Shown here: positions 23,560 to 36,000 of the stretch, in pieces | How the letters are laid out: each line of letters starts with the position of its first letter | Numbering within the stretch: position 1 is the first letter of the stretch | Assembly: GCA_035221665.1 (NCBI GenBank) | Contig: CM069145.1 | Coordinates: 41,044,001 to 41,108,000, forward strand | DNA: 64,000 nt | Direction: 5' to 3' | Source: Okamejei kenojei | Lineage: Eukaryota | Position numbers and translations under genes: made by a program | The notes under the pieces: model-generated | The model's input: the letters and a program-made list of their open reading frames with translations, nothing else | What the model was told of the DNA's origin: nothing | Database searches by the model: none

Positions 23560-24897
23560 GTAATGTTGTGGATGTACGGCCTATCTGTTCAAGCTGGGCG
23601 AATATATGGTGATATGATTTTTCTATATATGTGTTTTACATTTCCTCACAGTACACAGGTACTTTTACCGCCTTTTGGATTATTAAAATTTGCCCATGGA
23701 AAGCTTGCAGATCGTTCCCCCAAAATTGTTAATACGTAATTATCACCAAATTTGTGTAGGTGGGGGGGATGGGAAAGAGGTGAATAAGTCATAGTTATAC
23801 AGTGTAGACACAGGCTCTTCAGCCCAACTTGCCCATGCCGACTCAACATCCTGGGTCTTGACCCGAAACGCCACCCATTCCTTCTCTCCAGAGATGCTGC
23901 CGTACCTGCTGAGTTACTCCAGCATTTTATGGTTATCTTCGGTATAAACCAGTATCTGCTGTTCCTTCCTGCGTATTTCGTAAGTCCCATCTGCCTGTGC
24001 TGGCCCATATTCCTCTAAACTTATCCTATCCACGTACCTGTCCAAATGACTCTTAAAAGTTACGATAAATTAGTCAACCCAAAATGTTTTTCTTTTTAAG
24101 ACGCATATCTTGAAAAATGTGCCGATGACGCAGCTTTGCTTTATGGAAAATGGTTGATAGAGCCAACTTTCAAGATATGTAACCTTGCCCGCTGCCCTGT
24201 TACGGCATTTCCTGTATTTACACTCGACTTCTGACTCTTCTTCTATGTGTTTTGCACGGAGTTCCGTCACTTGCCACATGTCCACAGTCTGTCCACATTT
24301 CCCACACTGAACAAACATATTCCCTTCACAACCCTTTCAGTTGTAATAACCTGCTCAGTACCCAGAGGCACTTCACTTATCGTTCAGCAGTCAATCCACA
24401 ATCCTCTGCCCTTCCCACCACTCATCCAACTCCATACGTTCTGCAGGTAGATACACAAAGTGCTGGAGTAACTCAGCAGGTCAGGCAGCCTCTCTGGAGA
24501 AAAGGAACAGGTGACTTTTCGGGTCGAGACCCTTCTTCAGACTCTGTAAGTCTGGGTTTGGTCAGTAAGCCAGGTCTGTAAGCCAGTAAGCCAGAGCTGT
24601 AGAGGATGCATGACAACAGAGTTGTGCACCATTTTGAAACAGTTCCTCGTTGTCATGCTTGTATTCCTGCACCCACAATATTTATGTTTCCGATCCCCTC
24701 CAATGTCAATATGCTATGTCATGAAGAAATTAAATAGGAATGCCACAGGAATTTCTCAAGATCAGTAGTGGCAGCCGGCCAACATTCCTGCTCCAGACCA
24801 TATTTTTTCCAACAGGAAGAGTGAATGGGCATCAGGAAAGATGGTGTCAGGTTGTAAAGACACGAGAGACTTCAGATGCTGGAATCTGGAACAGAAA

Positions 24898-25213
24898 GGC
24901 GGCATAGCGGCGGAGCTGGTAGTGCTGCTGCCTTGCAGCATCAGAGACCCAGGTTTGATCCTGACCTCGGGTGCTGTCTGTGTGGAGTTTGCACGTTCTC
25001 CCTGTGACTGAGTGGTTTTTCTCCAGGTGTTCCAGTTTCCTCCCACATCCCAAAGACGTGTGTGTTTTTTTATATTAATTGACTGCTGTAAATTCCCCCT
25101 AATGTGCAGGAAGTGGATGGGAAAGTGGGATAACATAGAACTAGTGTGAATGGATGACGGTTGAGGTGGACTCAGGTAGGCCGAAGGGCCTGTTTTCATG
25201 CTATATCTCTAAA
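24898..25213 (+). mobile_element. HE1-type V-SINE, near full length
   Basis: tRNA-like head with B box (GGTTTGATCC), central conserved domain and GGCCGAAGGGCCTG tail. Further copies near 28340, 28812, 40284, 41942, 47580, 49590, 51205, 55245, 59700, 62050 and 62343. Confidence 0.8.
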
Positions 25214-25669
25214 ACCTAGACACTGGAAAAACTCAGCAGATCAGTCAGCATCTGTGGAGGCAATAAATGTGAGTCAACATTTTGGGCGAAGACCCTTTAG
25301 TTTTAGTTTAGTTTATTACTGTCATGAGTACCAAGATAAAGTGATTTTTATTGTGTGATATCCAGTCAGTGGAAAGACTGTACATGATTACAATCAATCC
25401 GTCAATAGTTTACAGATACAGGATAAAGGTAATAACATTCAGTGCAAGAAGGTCACGATGCACAGTCTTGACCCTGAATGTCAGCTCACACCTTTTCCCC
25501 GTCACAGATGCTGATTGACCTGCTGAGAATTTAGTGGGGTTTTTTTTGTGTCTGGTTATGCTGTGTCACTAGGGTGCATAAACTGCTCTAGTGTATGCAT
25601 GAATTGGGCAGATGCTCGGCAAGACCTGGTAGGTTTGGACCAGGAGCACCAAAGGGAGAAGGCAATAAC

Positions 25670-26235
25670 CTGTTTCTCTCACGGTTCACAGACTCGCCAG
25701 CCGCCTGCCACTTTTGCGGGCTGGAAGAGTCTGTGTACCATGTGTATATGGAGTGTGTGAGGCTGCAGTCACTGTTTCAATACCTAAAGGGGCTGCTCCT
25801 TGCCTTCTGCCTGCATTTTTTCACTCACCACCTTCATCTTTGGACACCCTGTACGTTGGGGAGAGGGTGTGGCTGAAGATGTCCTGGTTTAGTTGCTCCT
25901 GGGCCTGGCCAAGCTGGCCATCCGCGAGTCACGGCGCCAGACGGAAGAGGGCTCTGCCCGAGCCGGCTGCCTGCCCTTTTTCCGGGGGTACATCTGCGCC
26001 CGGGTGGGGTTAGAAAGGAACTACACCCTGTCCACGGGCACCCTGGGGGATTTCTTGGACCGCTGGGCACCGCAGGGGGTTGAATTCATCCTCAATAATG
26101 ATTGTAACATAGTTGTATAGTAGTTTATTTAGGATATTTGTTCGTATTGTATTATGGTGGTGGGTTCTGGTTTGTTCTATTATAGTGTAAATATTATTTT
26201 TTAATAATCAAATACATTTTTTGATAAATAATATT
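25670..26235 (+). mobile_element. L1/Tx1-clade LINE 3' end
   Basis: CHFCGLEESVYHVYMEC zinc knuckle typical of the L1/Tx1 ORF2 C-terminus, then LLGLAKLAI and an A/T-rich tail. Confidence 0.75.
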
Positions 26236-26613
26236 TAAATCGGGGAAGAAGGCAATTGAACTGAGTCGGGGCCTGCTCGATGGGCTGACGACCCACATGT
26301 AGATGAGTCAATTTGGCTGAATTTTGAAAGAACTATAAAATCCTCACCAAGTTAAACATGTGGCACTACTTTAATGAATAAATGCCACAAAATGAGAAGT
26401 TAATGATTCAATGACACGATTATTAGTTTGAGTTTTTTTTGTTTATTATGTTATCTGTTTGTATTGTGTTTACAGACCTGTTATGTTGCTGCAAGTAAGA
26501 ATTTAATCGGACCCATCGTTGGTACATTTGTCAATTAAACACTCTTGACAGGGCTGCATTTATTGTGAATGCAGACTCAGGCAGGTATTGTAACGTTTCA
26601 TTGTTTTTCACAG

Positions 26614-26647
26614 GAGGGAAGATATCCGAGCAACAGAAAAGGACAAG
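26614..26647 (+). CDS. EXOSC1: EXOSC1 exon 5 (REDIRATEKDK)
   Basis: tcacag|...|gtacaa, 34 nt. Confidence 0.93.
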
Positions 26648-27331
26648 GTACAAACCCCTCTCCATACCAGTTCAGTTCTCCAACCCCTGCACAAAAATCG
26701 ATTGGCAGAAAATTGATAAAAACAAAATGAATAGCAAAACTGCAGATGTTTGGAAATTTGAAATAAAACCAGAAAATGCAGGATACTCAGCAGGTCAGGC
26801 AGCATCTGTTGAGAGAGAAGCCGTGCTAACGTTTCAGATCACCCTTATCAGACAATGCTGCTTCACAGCGCCAGAGACCTGGGTTCGATCCTGACTTCCC
26901 TTGAGTTCCACTAGCAGTCTGCTTTTTGCTCAATTCATAGAAGCAGGCCCTGGAAAAGAGAGATGGGAGCAGAACAAAACCTAGCAAGTGAGCATCGTTA
27001 TTTATCGCATCTGTTGTTTGAAGAATCTGTTGCAAACAAATTACTTGGCATCTTTTGCCAAATAAACATATGGACAGGTTTGGAGGTGCTATACGCCAAA
27101 TGCAGGCAGGTGGGATTAGCGTGGATGGTCGATTTGGGCAAGTTGGGCCGAAGGGCCTGTTTCCACGCTGTATGGCTCTATTACTATGTATTCAACAGAA
27201 AGCTTCAGCAAGTGCTTGTGCATCAATGCTGGTTTATGTAATGTGAGCACCTTGGGATGTCGTGAAGATATGAAACTTATTACTGTGGCCAGATCACTGA
27301 ATGATTTTTTTTTGGTCCTTCTCTTCTACAG

Positions 27332-27382
27332 ACTGAGGTCTACAAATGCTTCAGACCCGGCGACATTGTTTTAGCAAAAGTG
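27332..27382 (+). CDS. EXOSC1: EXOSC1 exon 6 (TEVYKCFRPGDIVLAKV)
   Basis: ctacag|...|GTATCCTTT, 51 nt; U12-type donor. Confidence 0.95.
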
Positions 27383-28193
27383 GTATCCTTTACGGTTTAA
27401 ATGTCATAATTCGCACTTTCTTGGAAGCTCGTGTTCAGGAACAGACAATGTTATAAAATGAACCATTGATATATGTATATTCCTACACACCAAGGTCAAT
27501 TCACAAAGCCCAATTAATCTAAAAACCTGCATGTCTTTGGGCTGCACTGTACCTGGATACATGTGACAATAATAAATAAAACTAAAATTATGAGAGGCAT
27601 AGATGGGGTAGACAGTCAGAACCTTTCTTCCAGGGTTGATATGTTAAGGACAGCGAGGCGTAGCTTAAAGGTCAGAGGGGCAAAGTTTAGAGTCGTGCAG
27701 GGCAAGTTTTTTTTTGCACATAGGGTACCTGGAACGCCATGCCAGGGTAGTGGTGGAGACCAATACGACAGTGGCGTGTAAGAGGCTTTTAGATAGGACC
27801 ATGGATATGGAGAAATATGGAATCAGTGCAGGCAGATGACAGTAGTTTAACTTGACAATCTGTTTGGCACAGACAATGTGGGCTGAAGGGCCTGTTGCTG
27901 TGTTATCCTGTACCATGATAAGTAGTAGGAATAGGAGTGGGCCATTCTGCCCCTTGAGCCTGGTCTGGCATTTAATGGGATTGCAAATTATGCAATATTC
28001 CACATGTCCTCTTTCCCCATGACCCCATCAGCCTTAAATATACTCAAGGACCTCTGACCACAGACCGCTGTCAGGGCCAAGTCCCAAATCTATTCAACCC
28101 TTGGAGAGAAGATTTTTTTTTTCATCTCCATCTTGTACTGCAAACTTGTGTTGTTTATGCTCTTCTAACGTTATCCTTCACACTCACTCCCAG
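27383..28193 (+). other. U12-type (minor spliceosome) GT-AG intron of EXOSC1
   Basis: 5' splice site GTATCCTTT; branch-like TCCTTCAC at 28174-28181, 12 nt before the exon. Confidence 0.85.
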
Positions 28194-28278
28194 ATCTCTC
28201 TGGGTGATGCTCAGTCTAACTACCTGCTGACGACAGCGGAGAATGAACTAGGTGTGGTTGTCGCACACAGCGAGGCAG
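28194..28278 (+). CDS. EXOSC1: EXOSC1 exon 7 (ISLGDAQSNYLLTTAENELGVVVAHSEA)
   Basis: cccag|...|gtaagg, 85 nt; nearly identical to the human protein. Confidence 0.96.
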
Positions 28279-29638
28279 GTAAGGTCCTGCTGCTCTCTCG
28301 CCTTGAATGTTTCCAGTGCTGAAGTCCAACAATCGTCTGGGGCGGCACACCGGTAGAGTTGCTGCCTCACAGTGCCAAAGACCTGGGCCCGATTCTGACC
28401 ATGGCTGTTGTCTGCAAGGAGTTTGTACATTCTCCCTGTGACCGTGTGGGCTTTCTGCAGGTACTCCTCCACAGAGGTTTGGAGTTGAATTGGCTTAGGT
28501 AAAATTGTAACGTCCCTCTGGTGTAGGATAGTGCTTGTGCACGGGGTGATCGCTGGTCAGTGTGGACTCGGTGGGTTGGATGGGCCTGTTTCCGCGCTGT
28601 ATCTGTGTCTACTTTCAAGACAGCCCCAAGGTTCAGCCTAAGGAGTATTGAGAATCGGGGATTTTAATGTACAAGGCTCCTTGAAGTTGGTAGCACTGGT
28701 CGATAAGGTGTGAAGAAGGCATGTAAGATACTTGATTAGTCAAAATATAGACCATTAGAGCAGGAAGATTATGGTACAATTTTCTAAAACATTGTTAGAC
28801 CACAGCTGAAGTTTATTTTAGAGATACAGCATGTTAACAGGCCCTTTGGCCCACCGAGTCCACGATCACCCGTTCACTCTAGTTCTTTGTTATCCCACTC
28901 TCGCATCCACTCCCTGCACACAAGGAACAATTTACATAGGGCCAACTAACCTACAAACCTGCACGTCTTTGGGATATAGGAGGAAACTGGAGAACCCGGA
29001 GAAAACTCCCGCGGTCACAGGGTTGAAGCGCAATCTCCACACGCGGAAGCACCCGAGGTCGAGATCAAACCTGGGTCCCTCGCACTTTGGGGCAGCAGCT
29101 CCACCAGACGCACCACAGTGCCGCCCATTGTATATTGAAGCATTGTGCCTAATTGCAGGAGAGGTGTGATTACGTGGGAGAGGGTGGTGAAATGGAGATA
29201 TGCCAGAGTGTTGCCAGGGATTAAGTGCTTCAGCTATGAGGAGAGACTGGATTTTAATGGATAGGTTGGGTTTGTTTTCCTTAGAATGGAGGAGGCGGGG
29301 GGGGGGGGGGGGGGCTGATTAAAATATACAAAGCTATGTGGGGCCTAGATAGGGTAGACAGCAGAAAACTAGATCTATAGGTAACAGGTAAGTGGGTTGG
29401 AATGGATCTGAGGAATATTTACGTCTCGGGGAACGGTTGGATTCTGGAGGTGCAGTGTCTTCATAAACTGTCTCAAGATGCTTACTCCGGCCTCCTCCTG
29501 AGTGGGATATGAGCTAAATACAGGCAAATGGGACTCGCTCAGAAGAGGTATTGTGGTTGGCAAGGATGAGTCGGGCTGAAGGGCCTGTTTCCGCGGTGGT
29601 GCGTCTCCACTTTAAAATGATGCGCTGTCTTCTCCCAG

Positions 29639-29745
29639 GTGCCCAGATGGTTCCTGTCAGCTGGTGTGAGATGCAGTGTCCAAAGTCGCACGGGAAAGAG
29701 TTCCGCAAAGTGGCTCGAGTGCAGCCAGAGTTCCTCCACACCTGA
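29639..29745 (+). CDS. EXOSC1: EXOSC1 exon 8 (GAQMVPVSWCEMQCPKSHGKEFRKVARVQPEFLHT*)
   Basis: cccag| acceptor, TGA at 29743-29745. Total CDS is 585 nt = 194 aa. Confidence 0.96.
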
Positions 29746-29926
29746 GAGCCGTCACCACCGTGGGACCTGTCCATGGATCCACCGGAACACCAGGCTCCCG
29801 GGGCCGGAGGTACAAACTGCAGAACCAGCTCCGTCGGCAGATGATGCCAGGACTAATATCTTTTATTCTTCTGTACAGCACAGTCTCAGGTACTGGGTAC
29901 TGTTGCAGTTCTACATTTTAAATTGA

Positions 29927-29936
29927 AATAAATAAA
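29927..29936 (+). terminator. EXOSC1 polyadenylation signal (overlapping AATAAA x2)
   Basis: AATAAATAAA about 180 nt after the stop, followed by T-rich sequence. Confidence 0.7.
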
Positions 29937-31329
29937 TATTTTTTGTTAACTCCAGCTCTTTAACTTTCTTGAAATGTGTAAATTGTATATGTCGTCATTC
30001 GCTGTGAATCTGCCACTCATTGCACTTTGGCACCATGAACTGCTGCTAAGTTTTTGTCAGTGGGAGACAGAGCGCAGGCACGGCGCATACTCCTACACAC
30101 CCCCACAAGACCCAGTGTGCGGAAACGGTGCCAGATCTGGCAACTCTAAAAATAATTTCACTGTGTTTTGTACATGTGACAAAAAGTACCATTGAACACA
30201 CTTGTATCTGGCACAGCATCTGCTCATCTTGATCAGGAGATAAGTGGCAATTGAAGCTGCATCACCGTCACCCCACACTACAAAGTTAATGGATTGATTG
30301 TAAAATGTTTTGCCAAGTTCTGTGAATACAGTAAAAGGTTGTGTAACTTGAGGGCTTTAAACTTCAAGTAACTCGACCTTCCTCACTGCAACTCTGTTCT
30401 CATTCAAACCTAATTTAAAATGAACGTGTGACAGTGTATTCTGTTATTACAGATCTCCAGTGAACGGACAAAAAAGGAACCTCAGATGCTGGTTTACAAA
30501 AGCAGGCACAAAATGTTGGAGTAACTCAGCGGGTCGGACAGCATCTCTGGTGAACATTGATAGGTGACATTGTTCTCCAGAGATGCTGGCTGACCTGATG
30601 AGTTACTCCAGTGCTTTGTGTCATCTCCGGTGACATAGCTTCCAGAGAGGAACACATATTAGTCCCAACAGATTCATTATGAGACACCTGAGAGGTATAG
30701 TAGCACAGTAGTTAAACTAAGGGACAAACATCCAGAGGAGTGGACTATTGATCCAGAGATAAGGGTTGGAATCCTACCAATGCAGGCCATTTAAAATCAT
30801 TTAATTAAAAACAACAGTATCAAGCGAGTCCTAATTATCACTCAAGGAACTGCAGGTGCTGGAATCTGGACTTTGTGTTCTGTACCAGTTTCCAATCTAT
30901 GTTCTCCAGAGATGCTGCCTGACCCACTGAGTTACTTCAGCACGTTGTGTCTGGGTTGGAGTTGCTGTAGTTAGGGGTGTAAGTGGCAAGACAATTGATG
31001 AAGACATTAGAAATAAAATGAGATTAGAAAAGCAGAGTGCAAAAATCTTCAAAGATATGAATGAAGCCCAGTCCATCATGCAAACTTAACCCCATTTACT
31101 CTTCACTCTGCCTTGAGAAATCAACCAACATAATCAAGGACCACTCACACCCCATTCATTCCCTCCTCTCCGCAATCGTATCGAGCAATTATAAAAGCTT
31201 GAAAGTATGTACCATCAGATTTAGGAACATCTTCGCTGCTGTTATCAGACCACTGAACAGTCTTCCCATAAACTCGGAATGAATTTCCAATCTACCTCGA
31301 TAGTGGTACACGATAGTGCTACCATTTTT

Positions 31330-32251
31330 GTACCATCTTACTCACCATTGTGTTGTGTTGTATCCAGTTTCGTTCAGATTGATGTTATATTTTACAAGTT
31401 ATTCCCATTTTTAACTTTACAAAACCCCACTTTGAGAACAATAACTTCAAGAGCAGTGGCAGTGTGCGATGTCACAATGGGATCTCATTTATATTTTAAA
31501 AAACTTGCTGTCCCTGATAAAAGCCCGCTGGACACAGACATGGACTGGGCCCGGAGCAGCGCTCCTCCCTCCCTCTCCCACCACCATTGGTGAATCAAGA
31601 CCTCAGCCTCAAAAAATCACTGACTGACTTTCAGTTATTTTTAATTGGCACGCGTGGGGGGGGGGGGGGGGGGGGGGGAGGGTGAGGGAGAGGCAACCAG
31701 CCGAGGGAGGGGAGAGGGAGAAGCTTCCTCGCGGGCCCGCCCGCACCGGCTCAAACCACAGCCCAGGACCCTGAGCATGGGTGGACAGAGACACGGACGC
31801 ACACGCGGACTGAGCCCAGAGCCGCACTCCTCCCTCCCCCTCCCACAGGGCTCCAGACCGGAACATTGCATTGGGGGAGTGAGGCCCAATGGGTCCCAAT
31901 TGGGGTAGGGAGGGGAGAGGGGTTATGGACAATGTTAACAAAGACAGGACTCCCAGTCCAATGAGAGATTTGTAACATTGTTGTAAGGAGAGGGAGGGAG
32001 TGGGGGAGGGGACGAGGAGAGAATTGTTGTTTAATAGAGGGAGAGTGGGGGGGGAGAGAGGTTATGGAAGGAGGGAGTGACTGATGGTAGGGGAAAGGAG
32101 AGGGAGAGAGTGCTGGAGGATATGGGGAAATGAGCCGCGCCTGCGCAGTTGGGGGCTATTGGTGAGTGGTGGAATATTATGTTGGGGGAACGGGTAAGTG
32201 GTGGAATATTGTGTTGGGGGAACAGGGCCCAAAGGGTCCCACTTGGTCTGG
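31330..32251 (+). mobile_element. probable second non-autonomous Helitron (related 3' end)
   Basis: 3' GGGCCC-AAA-GGGTCCC hairpin followed by CTGG|T, resembling 23395-23420 and preceded by the shared GTGGAATATTG motif. The 5' boundary is uncertain. Confidence 0.5.
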
Positions 32252-32920
32252 TCGTTTCCTATTTTCCTGAAATAGAATGCAAAACAAGTTTTTCACTGCA
32301 TATCAGTACATGTGACAATAATAAACCAAACCTAAAGTTTCCAGCCTGTAATGAACTCTCAATTATTATTCCAAGCATAACCAAACCCAAGATAGGTACA
32401 AAGTGCTGGAATAATTTAACGGGTCAGGTCGCATGTCTGGAGGAAAAGGATGGTTGGAACCCTTTTTTGGTGTGAAGTTGGATCCAGGGTCCAGACCATC
32501 CTGTTTTTCCAGAGATGCTGCCTGACCCGCTGAGTTCTTCCAGCACTTTGTGTCTGTTTAGTATAAACCAGCAACAGCAGTTCCTTGTCTCAACATAAAC
32601 TCTGCCTTCTTTGCTTCCTTTGATTACTTTTGTGACCAACTCCACCACTGAGCCCTGCAGTCTCTTGTGGACCGATTGCAGGAAGCATGTTGCTTCCTGC
32701 AATCTGTCCACAAGAGATTTGTTGTGCTCAGTCGTGCTGTTGAAGTCATAACATTAATCAAAGGAGTTGGCAGGCAGGGCTGAGTTGATGCATTGGGGAG
32801 GTGGTTGATGCATTGGGTGTCTGCTGGAGCCACCTGAACCCACCTGCCCGACAGGTACTTGGGGCAATCGATCGCATCACGCAGCGATTCGTCCGGCCTT
32901 GGAGTGTGGCTGGGTAGGGA

Positions 32921-33000
32921 GGCATGACGGGAATTGTAGTCCCGCCGCTGGTGACGACGCTGGGGGTCGACGGCATGAGAACTACAGCTCCCAGAACGCC
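32921..33000. promoter_or_regulatory. ZDHHC16 promoter with two oppositely oriented ZNF143/Staf-type motifs
   Basis: ACTACAATTCCCGTCATGCC on - (32921-32940) and ACTACAGCTCCCAGAACGCC on + (32981-33000), in a CpG-rich patch. Confidence 0.75.
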
Positions 33001-33081
33001 CCGCGGCGGGAGGACGGCGCCTTGTCTTTGTTGCCTCAGCTGGACTGAGGTGAGGCGGCGGGAGAGACGAGGGCCCGGCCG
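33001..33081 (+). other. ZDHHC16: ZDHHC16 non-coding first exon (donors GAG|gtgagg near 33049 and CCG|gtgagt near 33081)
   Basis: Consensus donors directly downstream of the promoter motifs; TSS approximate. Confidence 0.55.
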
Positions 33082-36000
33082 GTGAGTGTGGGGGACCCCC
33101 CCCTCCCTTCCCCTCCCTCCCTCATTCTCCCCCTCACCCCCTCATTCTCCCCCTCACCCCCTCCTCTAACCCCTGCTCCCTGCCCGCTCCCTCGCCCACC
33201 CCCCTCCAGACCCAGCGTGTTTCAGGCTAAAAACATACGCTCAGTGCTGGAGTAACTCACGGGCCAGGCGGCAGGGGCAGGGGCAGGGGCAGGGGCAGAG
33301 GGGGCAACGTGGACTCTTCATCGGGGAGGGCAATGTGAAGAAGGCTCACAACCCTAAACAACCCCTACTCACCCACCATGAATTGAGAATCGGAGCTTCT
33401 CAGCTTCTGACTTTAAAGTCTCCCTATTCATATGTTAGAGGAGTATTGGCAAATGGAGCTATCCCAGCATGTCAACTTGGTCAGCCTGTACATGGTGGGC
33501 CAAAGGGCCGATTTCTATTCTCTGACTCTATGAAGGATTTGTGTTGTGGTTGAATGTACGTCCGGCTTAGTTCTCTTTGATTTGCGAATTGGGCGTTTTG
33601 TAACCATCCAGTAGTTTCATGTTACTGTTATCAGGACAAGTGTGTTTTTTTTTTCCTTAAATTCCAGTTTAATTACTTGAATTGAATATCTCTGGATCAA
33701 GGTCTGGTAACATAACCCGAGCACTTTATTTGCAAGGCAGAGGCTCCGTTCCCCATCTGCTTTCATTCCCTCTTCTGTTTCAGTGACAAAGGTTTGCCGA
33801 TTGTTTGACTGTGTCAGGAGATTAGGCTTCCTGGGATGGTTGGACTCAGTCTGGTGATGAGTATTAAGATCAAGCAGTTTTTAATCTCTGCCACAGAGTT
33901 TGGAGAATCGCAGCTTTGTACAGCACAGGAGGAAGCTGTTCAGGCCATCGTGTTTATGCTGGATATTTTAAACGGTTCTGGCAGCACAGCTGGTACAGTT
34001 GCTGCCTTACAGCGTCAGAAGCCTGGGTTCGATCCTGACTGAGTGTGCTGTCTGTATGGAGTTTGTACGTTCACCCTGTGAGCGTGACCTGTCACTGTGA
34101 TGAGGCAACAGCTCTACTGCTTAGCCACCGTGTCGGATCTGGGAGGGGATTCTAGGCCAGATTAGGAAGCAATCATTCTTAAAATTAGCATAATGCAGCA
34201 CAAACACAGGCTCTTCATCCCTAACCCGACCTACATGCCCCATCCAAGCTAGTCCCAGTTACCATGCCAACCAAGATCTACTCTAGACCTACCTGCCCGC
34301 ATGTGGCCCATATCCCTCTAAACCTCTCCTCCCCATGTACCTGACCAAATGTATTTTAAATATTGTTATAGTACCTGCCTCAGCAACTTCCTCCGGCAGC
34401 TCGTTCCACACGGCCACCACCCTCTAGTGTGGAAAACCTGCCCCTCAGGATACAGTCATACTCCACGGAAACAATTATTTTAATTATTTGATTTAATTGT
34501 TTCCGTTTTCATTTGCTTTGAGTTCTATTTTTTAAATTGCCATGAGTCCCGAATGTTTTACTGTGATGTGTCCCGAAACGGAAGAATGACATTCGTTTTT
34601 GCAGCAGCACAGCCAGACAGGCAAACACAGTACTCTGCAAATCCAGTAATAAACAACAAAAGAAAGTTCAGTATTATATGAAACAAAGAAGCAAATATAT
34701 CGCTGGCCCTTCACCGACGCAGGCTGGAGGTCCTGACGCTCCCTCCCCACCCACACCGTGGGATCACCATTGGCAGAAATGGTTCAAAACCATGGCTCAC
34801 CGTCACTCGGGTAATTGGGGATGGGTAATAAACGCATTGACAGTAACACTGGTTCTCCTTGAGTGGCTTAGTGATGAATGAAGGAGCATAGATGATCAGT
34901 GAAGCAAGCCAAGTCCAAGAGCGGCCAACCGTCGGGCGAGGGGAATGTGGGACATTTGCCCCTTGACAGACGTTGATCATCCTAATGGGAGTCTGAGGAA
35001 ACCTGGTTTAATAGAACAGAGAACAGTACGGCACAGGAACGGGCCCCACCCGACGGCCCATCATGTCTGTGCCCAACACGATGCCAAGACCAACTCTTAT
35101 CTGCCTCCATTCCCTGTATATCCAAAAGCCTCTTAAAAGCCATTATTAGTGCCTCCACTACCATCCCTGGCAGCATGTTCCAAGCATTCACCACTGTTGT
35201 AAAAATACATTTGTCCCGCACACCACCTTCAAACTTTGCCCCTGTCACCGTCTAGATCTGCCCTCTAGTATTTAGTATTTCCATGCTGGGAAAGTGGTTT
35301 TGACTGCCTACCCAACGCTGGCTCTCTATCCTGTGTAATGACGACACGTTGGTGACACTGAAATCCCTTTGGCTTTCCTCTCTCCTGCTGGAGGAGGTTT
35401 TCCGTCACTGCATGGGGAAGAAGGGACGCCCTTCGGTCTTTGGTGTTGGTGCATCACCTGCCCTCCCCCTCTATCAGTCAAGTGCTCGTTCCTCACCAAC
35501 AGCTGGCACTCCACTGTTGGAAGTGATGGTCTTACCACTCTGTGCCTTTAGTTTTAAAGCACAGCATGGCAACAGGCCTTTCGACCTACTGAGTCCAGCG
35601 TTAACCCTGTACACTAGCACTATCCACACTAGTGACCAGTTTTACAATATTGCGTGGCACAGCACATAACAACAGCTTTTCACTGTACCTCAGTACATGT
35701 GACAATAAACTAAACTGAACTGAAGTTTACCTACAAACCCGCGCATCTTTGGGATGTGGGAGGAAACTGGAGCACCCGAGGTCAGGATCAAACCCGGGTC
35801 TCTAGTGCCGTGAGGCAGTAACTCTAGCATTGTGCCACTGGAATTGAATTAAACATGCGGGGCAGTGGGAGCAGACTTGAGAGTCCAATCTTCCTACATG
35901 TTCGATTTGTACATTGCTGATCAAAATCTGTCCGGAAGCCATAGCTTGAGTTTCACCATGAATTATAGAAGTAATTAGTCTTTATTACTTGGACCTTAAT

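Noticed and set aside
24898-24970. tRNA-like sequences with A/B boxes
   Set aside because: They are heads of HE1-type SINEs, not tRNA genes.
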